From positions 1 through 36,717 of IMG/VR virus record IMGVR_UViG_3300040985_000803: DNA of 36,717 bases; one strand, given 5' to 3'. Both the position numbers and the translations under genes were made by a program. Below the pieces are notes generated by a model that had not been told where the DNA came from, made no database searches, and saw nothing but the letters and a program-made list of their open reading frames with translations. Below, piece after piece: positions 24,569-32,655 of the stretch (position 1 is the stretch's first letter; each line of letters opens with the position of its first letter). Origin of the DNA: a virus (lineage: Duplodnaviria; Caudoviricetes).

Positions 24569-25021
24569 ATGAGTTTGATGGGGCGGTTTCGAGATAAGTA
24601 TGTGCCAGAGCCTAATTCCGGTTGTTGGCTGTGGGATGGGGGGCAGCGCAATGCGTTAGGATACGGGTATTTCCATCACCCCGATGAGAAGTATGCACAC
24701 CGTGCGTCTTGGGCTTTACACTATGGGGCTATCCCCGATGGCATGTTGATTCTACACAAGTGCGACAATCCGTATTGCGTAAACCCTGACCACTTATTTA
24801 TGGGAACACATAAGGACAACACTGCCGATATGTTCAGGAAGGGGCGCGGCGGCACCCGTGGGCCGAAGGCTGGGGAGGCTCCTTATGCGCGGCTCTCTGT
24901 AGATGACGTCATAGCAATAAGAGGCTCTAATGCGTCCAGCAAGGCCACAGCAGTAAAGTACGGGGTGGCCTCATGCACTATTTCAAATATTCGTTCAGGT
25001 AGGTCCAGGAGATTAAAATGA
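24569..25021 (+). CDS. HNH homing endonuclease
   Basis: GCWLW.G....GYG, AHR.SW, LHKCDNP.CVNPDHL..GT..DN..D. Confidence 0.93.
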   Translation: MSLMGRFRDKYVPEPNSGCWLWDGGQRNALGYGYFHHPDEKYAHRASWALHYGAIPDGMLILHKCDNPYCVNPDHLFMGTHKDNTADMFRKGRGGTRGPKAGEAPYARLSVDDVIAIRGSNASSKATAVKYGVASCTISNIRSGRSRRLK

Positions 25022-25965
25022 AAACCATAACAACTCGTATTGACGCCATTACCGGCATGGACCCAGAGCAGCATTCGGTCACGCCGCCGGCGCCTAAGTC
25101 TTGCAAGATCGAGCTAACGGCAAGCTGTAACCTTCGTTGCTCATTCTGCGCGACAAGCCACGGTCTGAGGGAAAAGGGCAAGATGTCGTTTGAGTTTTAC
25201 TCCGAGGTATTGCTCCCGTCCCTATCGGCGGCTGGCGTCGAAGAGGTGGGCATGTTCTTTCTTGGTGAAAGCACCATCATGCCTGACCTCCCGAAGTACA
25301 TTGCCGAGGCGACGAACCAGGGCTTCCCGTACATTTTCCTGACAACCAACGGCACGGCGCTGACGAAGGTCAAGCTTCATGCGTACATGCAAGCGGGGCT
25401 GAAGTCTCTCAAGTTCTCGATGAATTACGCCGACGCCGAACAGTTCGCCGACATCGCGCGCGTGAAGCCTGCGCTGTTTGGGAACCTGATCCAGGCCATT
25501 AAAGACGCACACGCCGCCCGAGAGGCAGGCGGGTACGATTGCGGGCTGTACGCATCATACATCGACTATGACGACGAACAGGGCGAAAAGATGATGGCGC
25601 TCATTGATGAGGTCAGGCCATACCTTGATGAGGTGTACGCGCTCCCTCTGTACTCCCAAGCGGACCTCACGGGGCAGGAAAGCACCGAAGCTGGCTGGGA
25701 TGTTCGCGCCGGCAACCCTGGAAGGGCTGGCAACATGCGCCAACCTATCCCTTGTTGGTCTCTCTTCACCGAGGCTCGCGTGACGTTCGATGGTGAGCTC
25801 GCCGGGTGTTGCTTCGCCCACGATGACAGGTTCAACATGGGAGACCTGAACAAGGTCGACTTTATGGAGGCATGGCACAGCAACAAGTTCCAAGATCTGC
25901 GCTCGCACCATCTCCGAGGTGATGTAAAGGGGACCGCTTGTGAAAACTGCGCGGCGTACAGCTAA
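25018..25965 (+). CDS. Radical SAM enzyme with SPASM/twitch domain
   Basis: CNLRCSFC, GE, LTTNG; C-terminal PC......V..DG...GCC...G.L......W...C..C. Confidence 0.93.
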   Translation: MKTITTRIDAITGMDPEQHSVTPPAPKSCKIELTASCNLRCSFCATSHGLREKGKMSFEFYSEVLLPSLSAAGVEEVGMFFLGESTIMPDLPKYIAEATNQGFPYIFLTTNGTALTKVKLHAYMQAGLKSLKFSMNYADAEQFADIARVKPALFGNLIQAIKDAHAAREAGGYDCGLYASYIDYDDEQGEKMMALIDEVRPYLDEVYALPLYSQADLTGQESTEAGWDVRAGNPGRAGNMRQPIPCWSLFTEARVTFDGELAGCCFAHDDRFNMGDLNKVDFMEAWHSNKFQDLRSHHLRGDVKGTACENCAAYS

Positions 25966-26702
25966 TGCGTAGGAAAGTCTTTATCGGGTACGACCCGCGC
26001 GATGACAATGCGTCCAAGGTTCTGGAATTAAGCCTGCATGAGCACTCTTCCATCCCTCTGGACATAATCCTGCTAAAGGATCACGAGTTGCGCTCCAGCG
26101 GGGCATACAGGCGCTCCTACAGGGTAGATAACGCCGGTCAAATGTGGGATGACATCGACGGCAAGCCGTTTTCGACACAGTTCAGCTTTTCACGGTTTCT
26201 TGTGCCGCACCTTTGCGCCCACAAGAACGAGTGGGTGCTTTTCCTCGACGCGGACATGATGTTTCGCGGGGACGTGGCAGAGCTGTTCGCCCTGGCGGAT
26301 TCGTCATATTCGGTCATGTGTGTGAAGCACGAACAGGATGCCCAAGATGGCGTGATGAAAATGGACGGAGTTTTGCAGACCAAATACGAGCGCAAAAACT
26401 GGTCTAGCATGATGCTGATGAACCCTGCGCGGTGCGACCGGCTGACGGTTCACGCAGTCAACTCACAATACGGCTCATTGCTTCACGGGATGTCTTGGGC
26501 GGATGATGATGATATTGGGGCCATTGACGAAAAGTGGAATTGGCTCGGGGGTCATTCGGATAACAGCATCGACCCGATGAATGTGCATTTCACGCTCGGC
26601 ACTCCTGACATGGAGCACTACACGCCGACCGACTATGACTTTGAATGGTGGGACCATTTGGATATGTCCAAGAAAGGGAGGCTGCTACATGCGACGGCGT
26701 GA
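25965..26702 (+). CDS. GT-A fold glycosyltransferase (GT8-like/CDI-like)
   Basis: VFIGYDPR, ST.FSFSRFLVP, DAD (DxD), RKNWSS.ML.N, WN.L, HFT.G.P. Confidence 0.88.
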   Translation: MRRKVFIGYDPRDDNASKVLELSLHEHSSIPLDIILLKDHELRSSGAYRRSYRVDNAGQMWDDIDGKPFSTQFSFSRFLVPHLCAHKNEWVLFLDADMMFRGDVAELFALADSSYSVMCVKHEQDAQDGVMKMDGVLQTKYERKNWSSMMLMNPARCDRLTVHAVNSQYGSLLHGMSWADDDDIGAIDEKWNWLGGHSDNSIDPMNVHFTLGTPDMEHYTPTDYDFEWWDHLDMSKKGRLLHATA

Positions 26703-26874
26703 TGCGTACCGAATCGGAAAAGAACCTTCCAAAGAACCTGAGAAAGTGGTAAAACCTGGAGAGTGTCCGAAATGCGGCAGGGTCATTGGACGCGGTATAG
26801 CGTTCCATATTAAGGCGTGCAAAGGCATAGCGGATGACGACATACGGCAAAATCCAAGACCGGATAGCGGGTGA
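26689..26874 (+). CDS. 61-aa C2HC zinc-finger protein
   Basis: GGGAGG RBS before ATG 26689; CPKC...H...C. Confidence 0.55.
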   Translation: MRRRDAYRIGKEPSKEPEKVVKPGECPKCGRVIGRGIAFHIKACKGIADDDIRQNPRPDSG

Positions 26875-27457
26875 GCTAGGTCGGTCTGACTTAACTACCG
26901 CAATTCAAGACGCAATACAGACCGCCATTAAATACTATGAGAGGCGGCGCTTTTATTTCAACGAGACGCAAGGGTCTTTCTCGGCCTCCAGCTCTCAGGA
27001 ATACTACGGCTCTGCGGACGCCGCGTTTATTCCAAAGCTTGTCTTGATCGACAGCCTGACCATTACGGCGAACGGGACATCGTACCCCCTGTATGCGCGA
27101 GATTGGGCGTACATCGACCGGCTTCAGACCAATTCCGGGTACACTGGCGACCCGGTAGATTACGCCTACTACAACAACAAGCTGCGCTTTTACCCCGTCC
27201 CCTACACGGGTCGGACGTTCAACATATCCTACGTCCAGCGGCTGGCTACGCTCTCGGCGACGGCAGACACGAACGCCTGGGTCGATGACGCTGAAGAGCT
27301 TATCAGGTCGAGGGCGAAGCGCGAGCTGTACACCCACAAGATTCAATCAACGGAAAAGGCCGCAGTTATGAGGGCTGCCGAGGACGATGCGCTTGAGGTT
27401 CTTGAAGGGGAGACGCTCTCCAGGCTTTCCGGCAGTCTTAAGGCTACGCAGTTTTGA
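26834..27457 (+). CDS. Head-tail adaptor (podovirus)
   Basis: T......I..EL.R.DL...I..AI, G.P..YA......FYPVP, DTN.W; position after the head genes. Confidence 0.8.
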   Translation: MTTYGKIQDRIAGELGRSDLTTAIQDAIQTAIKYYERRRFYFNETQGSFSASSSQEYYGSADAAFIPKLVLIDSLTITANGTSYPLYARDWAYIDRLQTNSGYTGDPVDYAYYNNKLRFYPVPYTGRTFNISYVQRLATLSATADTNAWVDDAEELIRSRAKRELYTHKIQSTEKAAVMRAAEDDALEVLEGETLSRLSGSLKATQF

Positions 27458-28962
27458 TTAAGTTTGGCCCATATCTCCCCGACCAACCTGACCTTGACGG
27501 CGGGACGACTGTCGCGAAAAACGTGCTCCCACGCACTGCGAATAGCTACGGGCCTCTTGCGTCTCTTGCGGCGATCTCTGACGCGCTGACGAACAGGCCC
27601 CAAGGCGCCGCGTCATTCCGGGATAGTGCCGGGAATGTTCACACGTTTGTTGGCGATTCCGCTGACCTGTTCAAGCTCTCAACGACTACGTGGGACGAGG
27701 TGTCGAAGTCAACGGGCGCGTATTCCACGGCAACGGACGACGCATGGGGTTTCGCAAAATACGGCGAGATCATCATCGCCTGCAATGGCCCGACCGATGC
27801 GGTGCAGGCTTATACGCTCGGCACGTCTACAGACTTTGCGGACCTTGGCGGATCACCGCCTAACGCTCGCCACGTCAACATCATCAATAATTTTGTCGTT
27901 CTGGGAAACCTGACAGAGAGCGGCACGAATTATCCAAACCGGCTGAGATGGAGCGCCATAGACGCGCCTGCTGATTGGCCAGTGATAGGGTCGGCAGACG
28001 CTGCGGCTAAGCAGTCTGACCAGCAAGACCTTCCCACGGGTGGACCCGTCCAGGCTATTACAGGCGCTATTGGTGGTACAGATGGTGCCGTATTCTGTTT
28101 GGATACCATCTATCGCATGCAATATAACGGGCCTCCGACCGTCTTCTCCATAACCCCCATAGAAGAGGGAAGAGGCACGCCATACCCCAACTCTGTGGTG
28201 AATGTCGGCCCATTTGCTTTCTATGTCGGGCAGGATGGGTTCTACCGTTTCACGGGTGCTCAATCCATCCCGATTGGAAACGAGAAGGTCGACAAGACGT
28301 TCTTTGCTGACCTTGACGAGACCTACTTTTATCGTGTGTATGGCGTAGCAGACCCTATCAACAAAATAGTGGCATGGGCTTATCCCGGTTCAGGCAACAC
28401 GGCATCGCGCCCGAACAAGGTCATCTGGTACAACTGGAGCCTGGACCGTTGGTCGACGGCAGAGATCGAGATGGAGTTTTTCTTCGGCGACATGACGTAT
28501 GGCTTCACGCTTGATGAACTTGATCCGTTTGGAGACCTCGACAGCCTGCCGGCATCACTCGACAGCCGTATCTGGGTTGGCGGGGCTCTCGTTCTCACTG
28601 GTGTGGGGTCTGACAAGAAACTCGCCCGATTCACTGGCGCCAACATGGCTGCCACGATAGAGACGCAAGAGGCAGAGGGCGGGTCCGTTCTCGGCGCTCC
28701 CCATCACAGGATGTTGATCAACGGCGTGCGGCCTTACGTTGATGCCGGGACAGTGTCCGACGTGACGGTGTCTCTCAAGTATCGGGACAACCCTGGTACA
28801 ACGCTTTCCTCCGATGGCCCCAACATCATCGACGCGGACGGCATGGCGCATTTCACGCGCTCGACGCGCTTCGCTCGCGCTGTTGTTCACATCGCCGCTG
28901 GCGCGACCTGGACGCACGCGCAGGGCGTCGACCTGGACGCACAGGATGACGGTGTATTATGA
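27454..28962 (+). CDS. Tail tube/packaged-DNA stabilization protein (P22 gp10-like)
   Basis: FG...PDQP start, beta-propeller-like composition, WS......W, GFY...G....IG..KVD..F. Confidence 0.8.
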   Translation: MIKFGPYLPDQPDLDGGTTVAKNVLPRTANSYGPLASLAAISDALTNRPQGAASFRDSAGNVHTFVGDSADLFKLSTTTWDEVSKSTGAYSTATDDAWGFAKYGEIIIACNGPTDAVQAYTLGTSTDFADLGGSPPNARHVNIINNFVVLGNLTESGTNYPNRLRWSAIDAPADWPVIGSADAAAKQSDQQDLPTGGPVQAITGAIGGTDGAVFCLDTIYRMQYNGPPTVFSITPIEEGRGTPYPNSVVNVGPFAFYVGQDGFYRFTGAQSIPIGNEKVDKTFFADLDETYFYRVYGVADPINKIVAWAYPGSGNTASRPNKVIWYNWSLDRWSTAEIEMEFFFGDMTYGFTLDELDPFGDLDSLPASLDSRIWVGGALVLTGVGSDKKLARFTGANMAATIETQEAEGGSVLGAPHHRMLINGVRPYVDAGTVSDVTVSLKYRDNPGTTLSSDGPNIIDADGMAHFTRSTRFARAVVHIAAGATWTHAQGVDLDAQDDGVL

Positions 28963-29291
28963 CGGTTTCCTCATACCCTGTCCCGCCGACCGACAACCCT
29001 GACGAAGATCGGCACCGACGCCAGATTGTCCAGGCGATTGAGCTTTTAATGCATGGCAAGAGCAATAACGTCCTCGACGTTACCTTGACCGCAAACGCCG
29101 CAGCAACGACCGTCTCAGACGCGCGGATAGGTGTGACCACTTTCCCCTCTCCCGTCGCTGTCACGGCCAATGCGGCTGCCATAGACCCGCCCTACGTGGT
29201 GGATAGCAACCGCGTGAACGGTTCTTTTATTCTCGTCCACGCAAATGATTCGAACGCCGACAAAACCTTTAAACTTTATCTGCTTGGGTGA
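28959..29291 (+). CDS. Small virion structural protein
   Basis: ATGA coupling; GK.NN...TL...A..T...D.RI. Confidence 0.7.
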   Translation: MTVSSYPVPPTDNPDEDRHRRQIVQAIELLMHGKSNNVLDVTLTANAAATTVSDARIGVTTFPSPVAVTANAAAIDPPYVVDSNRVNGSFILVHANDSNADKTFKLYLLG

Positions 29292-29295
29292 GATC

Positions 29296-30087
29296 ATGCC
29301 TGGACTCTTAAATCAAAACATTCCGCAGAACTACTGGACGGGGAACCAGTTTAACATCCCTCCATTTTCTTGGAGCCCTGCCCAGCCTCCGGCGGAACCT
29401 GACCAAGGCCTGTACACGCCTCCGGCGCCGTTGGTCCGAAGGGCAGACCCGTATCAGACGGACGGAGATTCGGAGGGCGGGTCGCCACCTGGACCGACAC
29501 CAGAGGCGTCGAGCCTAGGGGGATGGCTTGGTGGCATGGCGCGGGGCATATCACCGGCTCATTGGGGCGCCGAAATGGGCTTGTTCGGCGATGCCGCGAA
29601 AGACAAAAGCCGCTCCTTCGAGCAGGCTATCGCAAGCATGGTGAACAAGGGAGTGAACGCATTTACTCCGCAGTCTCCGGCAATGGCGCTCGCTGAGCCT
29701 CCAGTCAGCTATTACGACACCCCGGTGAACCCAGCCCCGCCTGTAGACCCTTGGGCGAAGGCGGTAAGTGATGCCATCAATGATTCGGATGGGTCTGACC
29801 CTAGCGGTTATGGCGATAGTGGAGACCCTGCGGATGTTGGCGGTACGGGTGACATAGGCACGGGTGGAGAGCCTGGGGTCGGAGAGGGGACGGACCCTGA
29901 CGCTGACGGGCCTGGGTACGCTGCCGGCGGATGGGTTGGCTCGGGCCTGTTTGGAAAAGACCCCCCCGGCCCGGATGACGGTGCAGGATACCTTGATCAG
30001 GGCGAGTTCGTAATACGCAAGTCGGCGGCGCAGAGCCTGGAGAAGAAGTTCCCCGGCTTGCTTGAGAAATTGAACAGGTATTCGTGA
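29296..30087 (+). CDS. Gly/Pro/Asp-rich putative ejection protein with tape-measure-like C-terminal motif
   Basis: Low-complexity acidic region; YAAGG.V....PPG.DD....L..GEFVI...A. Confidence 0.65.
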   Translation: MPGLLNQNIPQNYWTGNQFNIPPFSWSPAQPPAEPDQGLYTPPAPLVRRADPYQTDGDSEGGSPPGPTPEASSLGGWLGGMARGISPAHWGAEMGLFGDAAKDKSRSFEQAIASMVNKGVNAFTPQSPAMALAEPPVSYYDTPVNPAPPVDPWAKAVSDAINDSDGSDPSGYGDSGDPADVGGTGDIGTGGEPGVGEGTDPDADGPGYAAGGWVGSGLFGKDPPGPDDGAGYLDQGEFVIRKSAAQSLEKKFPGLLEKLNRYS

Positions 30088-30488
30088 TGAGGCTTGTCGG
30101 CATCCCAGCGGATGAAGTGGACGATATGTGGACATCTGTGAATAAGATGATCGAAGCCGCTATCGACTACGGAACTGCGCGGATAACGTCTCTTGATGTA
30201 TACAAGAAAATCAAGGCCAGGGAATACCAGTTGTGGACAGTTCAGCAAGGGGCGAAAGTCAAGGCCGCCGTTGTGACGGAAATTGTTGACGCGCCGAGAG
30301 GGCGTGTCGCGTCGATCTTTATTTGCACAGGGGAAGACATGGGGACGTGGGTGCAGTTCCTTGGGCAAATAGAACAATGGGCAAAAGAAAATCACTGTGA
30401 TACTATCGAGGCGCTTGCCAGACCAGGGTGGAAGCGCATGTTGCCGGAATACAGGGCACGGCACATTCATTTGGAGCGAAAGCTATGA
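30084..30488 (+). CDS. GNAT-like virion assembly protein
   Basis: QLW......AA.VTEI, G..M..W....IE.WA....C..IE...R.GW.R; typical position before the ejection genes. Confidence 0.7.
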   Translation: MMRLVGIPADEVDDMWTSVNKMIEAAIDYGTARITSLDVYKKIKAREYQLWTVQQGAKVKAAVVTEIVDAPRGRVASIFICTGEDMGTWVQFLGQIEQWAKENHCDTIEALARPGWKRMLPEYRARHIHLERKL

Positions 30489-31303
30489 GCGGAAGCAAGC
30501 AAACGGGAACAGCAACAACGGTGGTCAACAAAGACCCGTGGGGGCCTTCCCAGGATTATCTCAAGACAGGCTTTGAAAAGGCGAAAGGGTATCTTGACGA
30601 CCCGATTTCCTATTACCCCGGATCGACCGTGGTGCCGTTTTCTGGTCAAACGGAGCAAGCCTTACAGATGGGCGAGGACCGCGCCATTGCAGGCAGCCCC
30701 GGTTTAAGGGCAGCGCAGCAAGGCATGCAGGCCACGTCCGAGGGCGATTACCTAAACGCAAACCCCTACATGGATCAGGCAATTATGACCGCCACGCGCC
30801 CGATGGCAGAGCGGTTCGCTGATACGATCATCCCTGGCATACAGGCTGGGTTCTCCGGGAAGGGCCGGTACGGGTCCGGTCTCCAGGCGTATCAACAAAA
30901 GGTCGCTGGTGATAGCGCCATGCGGGCGATGGGTGATGTCGCCGGTTCGATGGCTTACAAAGGCTATGGCGATGAGCGTTCCCGCATGATGGGCGCAGCT
31001 CAACTTGCTCCTGGCCTCGCTGCGGCTGATTATGGGGACATTGGGCAATTGCAACAATACGGCGCCGCGAGAGAGGGTCTTGCCGGAGCGCAGCTTGAAG
31101 AGGCGATCGATCGGTACATGCAGCCTCAGACCGCTGGACGTGAAGAGCTCGCGCGGTACATGGCGACGATTGGCGGCGGCGCTCAACAGGGCGGCGCGTC
31201 AACATCACAGCAGCCGATCTATTCCAACAAGCTCGCGACGGGCCTTGGCACTGCCGGCGCTGTCGCGGGTATCGGCAACCAATTTGGGTGGTGGGGTAAC
31301 TAA
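30485..31303 (+). CDS. DNA ejection (internal virion) protein
   Basis: PW...Q.YL, NPY, F...GRYGSG; Gly/Ala/Gln-rich. Confidence 0.75.
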   Translation: MSGSKQTGTATTVVNKDPWGPSQDYLKTGFEKAKGYLDDPISYYPGSTVVPFSGQTEQALQMGEDRAIAGSPGLRAAQQGMQATSEGDYLNANPYMDQAIMTATRPMAERFADTIIPGIQAGFSGKGRYGSGLQAYQQKVAGDSAMRAMGDVAGSMAYKGYGDERSRMMGAAQLAPGLAAADYGDIGQLQQYGAAREGLAGAQLEEAIDRYMQPQTAGREELARYMATIGGGAQQGGASTSQQPIYSNKLATGLGTAGAVAGIGNQFGWWGN

Positions 31304-32655
31304 TGGCGATGTCACCAAAACAGTGGGCTGGAATTAGAGGTCTCTCCGCAGGGCTGTTACGAGCTGGTCAACCTACCGTTGGCGCGCCGGGTCCGTCCAT
31401 GTGGGCTGCCGGCCTGATGGGCATGGACAAGTCGATGCAGGACTTCGACACCCGCTCGAAGGCTGACGAGCTGTTTGAAATGAAGAAGGCCGCAGAGACA
31501 CGAGCGCAAGGCACGTATGATGCGGGGACGGCGATCGCGTCAAGGACGGCACGGCTGGAGTCATCTAAGCGGAGGAGTGCTCACGCTCGGTGGGCTGGAT
31601 TGAGTCCAGGGATGAAGCGCATGCTTCCAGAGCCCCCGCTCTTGCCTGAAGACAGAGCACCCGCGCTCCCGCAGGGTGTTGAGCCGCTCGACCCGAACGA
31701 CAGCGAAGACCGGCCCTGGCTTCGTCAGCAGGTCTCTGGCCCGCTTGATACCCCTGTGGTCGCTGGACCCCAAGGCGCAGGCATTATGGCCGGGACGGAT
31801 GCAGCGGACCCTGGATCGAGGCCCCACCCGTTTGATGAGATGGACATCTTCGACGTTCAGTCGCTACAGGGCAGTGACGACAAGATGCTCGCGGAGGCAG
31901 CGAAGTCATACCTGAAGAGGCGCAACGCTGCGCCCGTCACGCGCAAGAAAGCCCTCCCAGGTGGGATGGTTCAAGATCAGGTGCGCGACCCCAGGACGCT
32001 GAAGTGGCAGGACGTTGGGGCCGGATATAAGAGGCGCGCCGCCGGGATGACGCTCTACGATAGTGAGGGCAATAAAATAATGACGATGGGTGATGCGCAG
32101 GGTGATAAGCCATTCGCCCGAAACCTTAAAAAGGGCATTAGGTCTGACCAGGACAATCTGGACCGCATGGCTTATGTGAAGACGCTATATGAGCCGAATT
32201 TCCTGTCGTATAAAGGGGCTGCGCGTGCCGAGTTTATGACAATGTGGAATAAGTTGAGCCCTGAGAAACGGGACCAATTTACCGCTCGACGTGCCACGTT
32301 TATGAGCCAGACCAACCAAGCTTTCATTGCTTACCGCAAGTGGGCGACGGGTGTTGCCGGCGGAGAGAAAGAAATGGCAGAAATCAAGCGGGCGACATTT
32401 AACGAAAATGACAGCCCACAGGACTTTGAAGGCAAGCTCGAATCCATGCAGCTAATGACGCGCAAGCTGATGGTTCGCAAGGCAATGGCGTTGAAAAACG
32501 GCATCCAGATTGGGTCGAAGGATTGGAAGAAATTCATCTCAGCCACACCTCTTGACGGCATCCCAGACATGCAAGATCGAGGAGAAACTCTTGCGAACCT
32601 GGGCTATACGGAAGAGCAGGTCAGAGGCATTCTTGAGCAAGAGGGTTACAGATGA
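31303..32655 (+). CDS. DNA ejection (internal virion) protein
   Basis: TAATG coupling; 450 aa; second of three ejection-type genes. Confidence 0.7.
   Translation: MAMSPKQWAGIRGLSAGLLRAGQPTVGAPGPSMWAAGLMGMDKSMQDFDTRSKADELFEMKKAAETRAQGTYDAGTAIASRTARLESSKRRSAHARWAGLSPGMKRMLPEPPLLPEDRAPALPQGVEPLDPNDSEDRPWLRQQVSGPLDTPVVAGPQGAGIMAGTDAADPGSRPHPFDEMDIFDVQSLQGSDDKMLAEAAKSYLKRRNAAPVTRKKALPGGMVQDQVRDPRTLKWQDVGAGYKRRAAGMTLYDSEGNKIMTMGDAQGDKPFARNLKKGIRSDQDNLDRMAYVKTLYEPNFLSYKGAARAEFMTMWNKLSPEKRDQFTARRATFMSQTNQAFIAYRKWATGVAGGEKEMAEIKRATFNENDSPQDFEGKLESMQLMTRKLMVRKAMALKNGIQIGSKDWKKFISATPLDGIPDMQDRGETLANLGYTEEQVRGILEQEGYR

Noticed and set aside
24569-25021. Group I intron carrying the HNH
   Set aside because: Flanking genes are intact, and there is almost no non-coding sequence to form an intron core
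22718-26702. DNA hypermodification as the role of the GT/MTase/radical-SAM cluster
   Set aside because: Disfavoured, not excluded: no hydroxymethylase, TET/JBP, kinase or DNA polymerase genes seen, the cluster is in the late head operon, and TPR-GTs act on proteins
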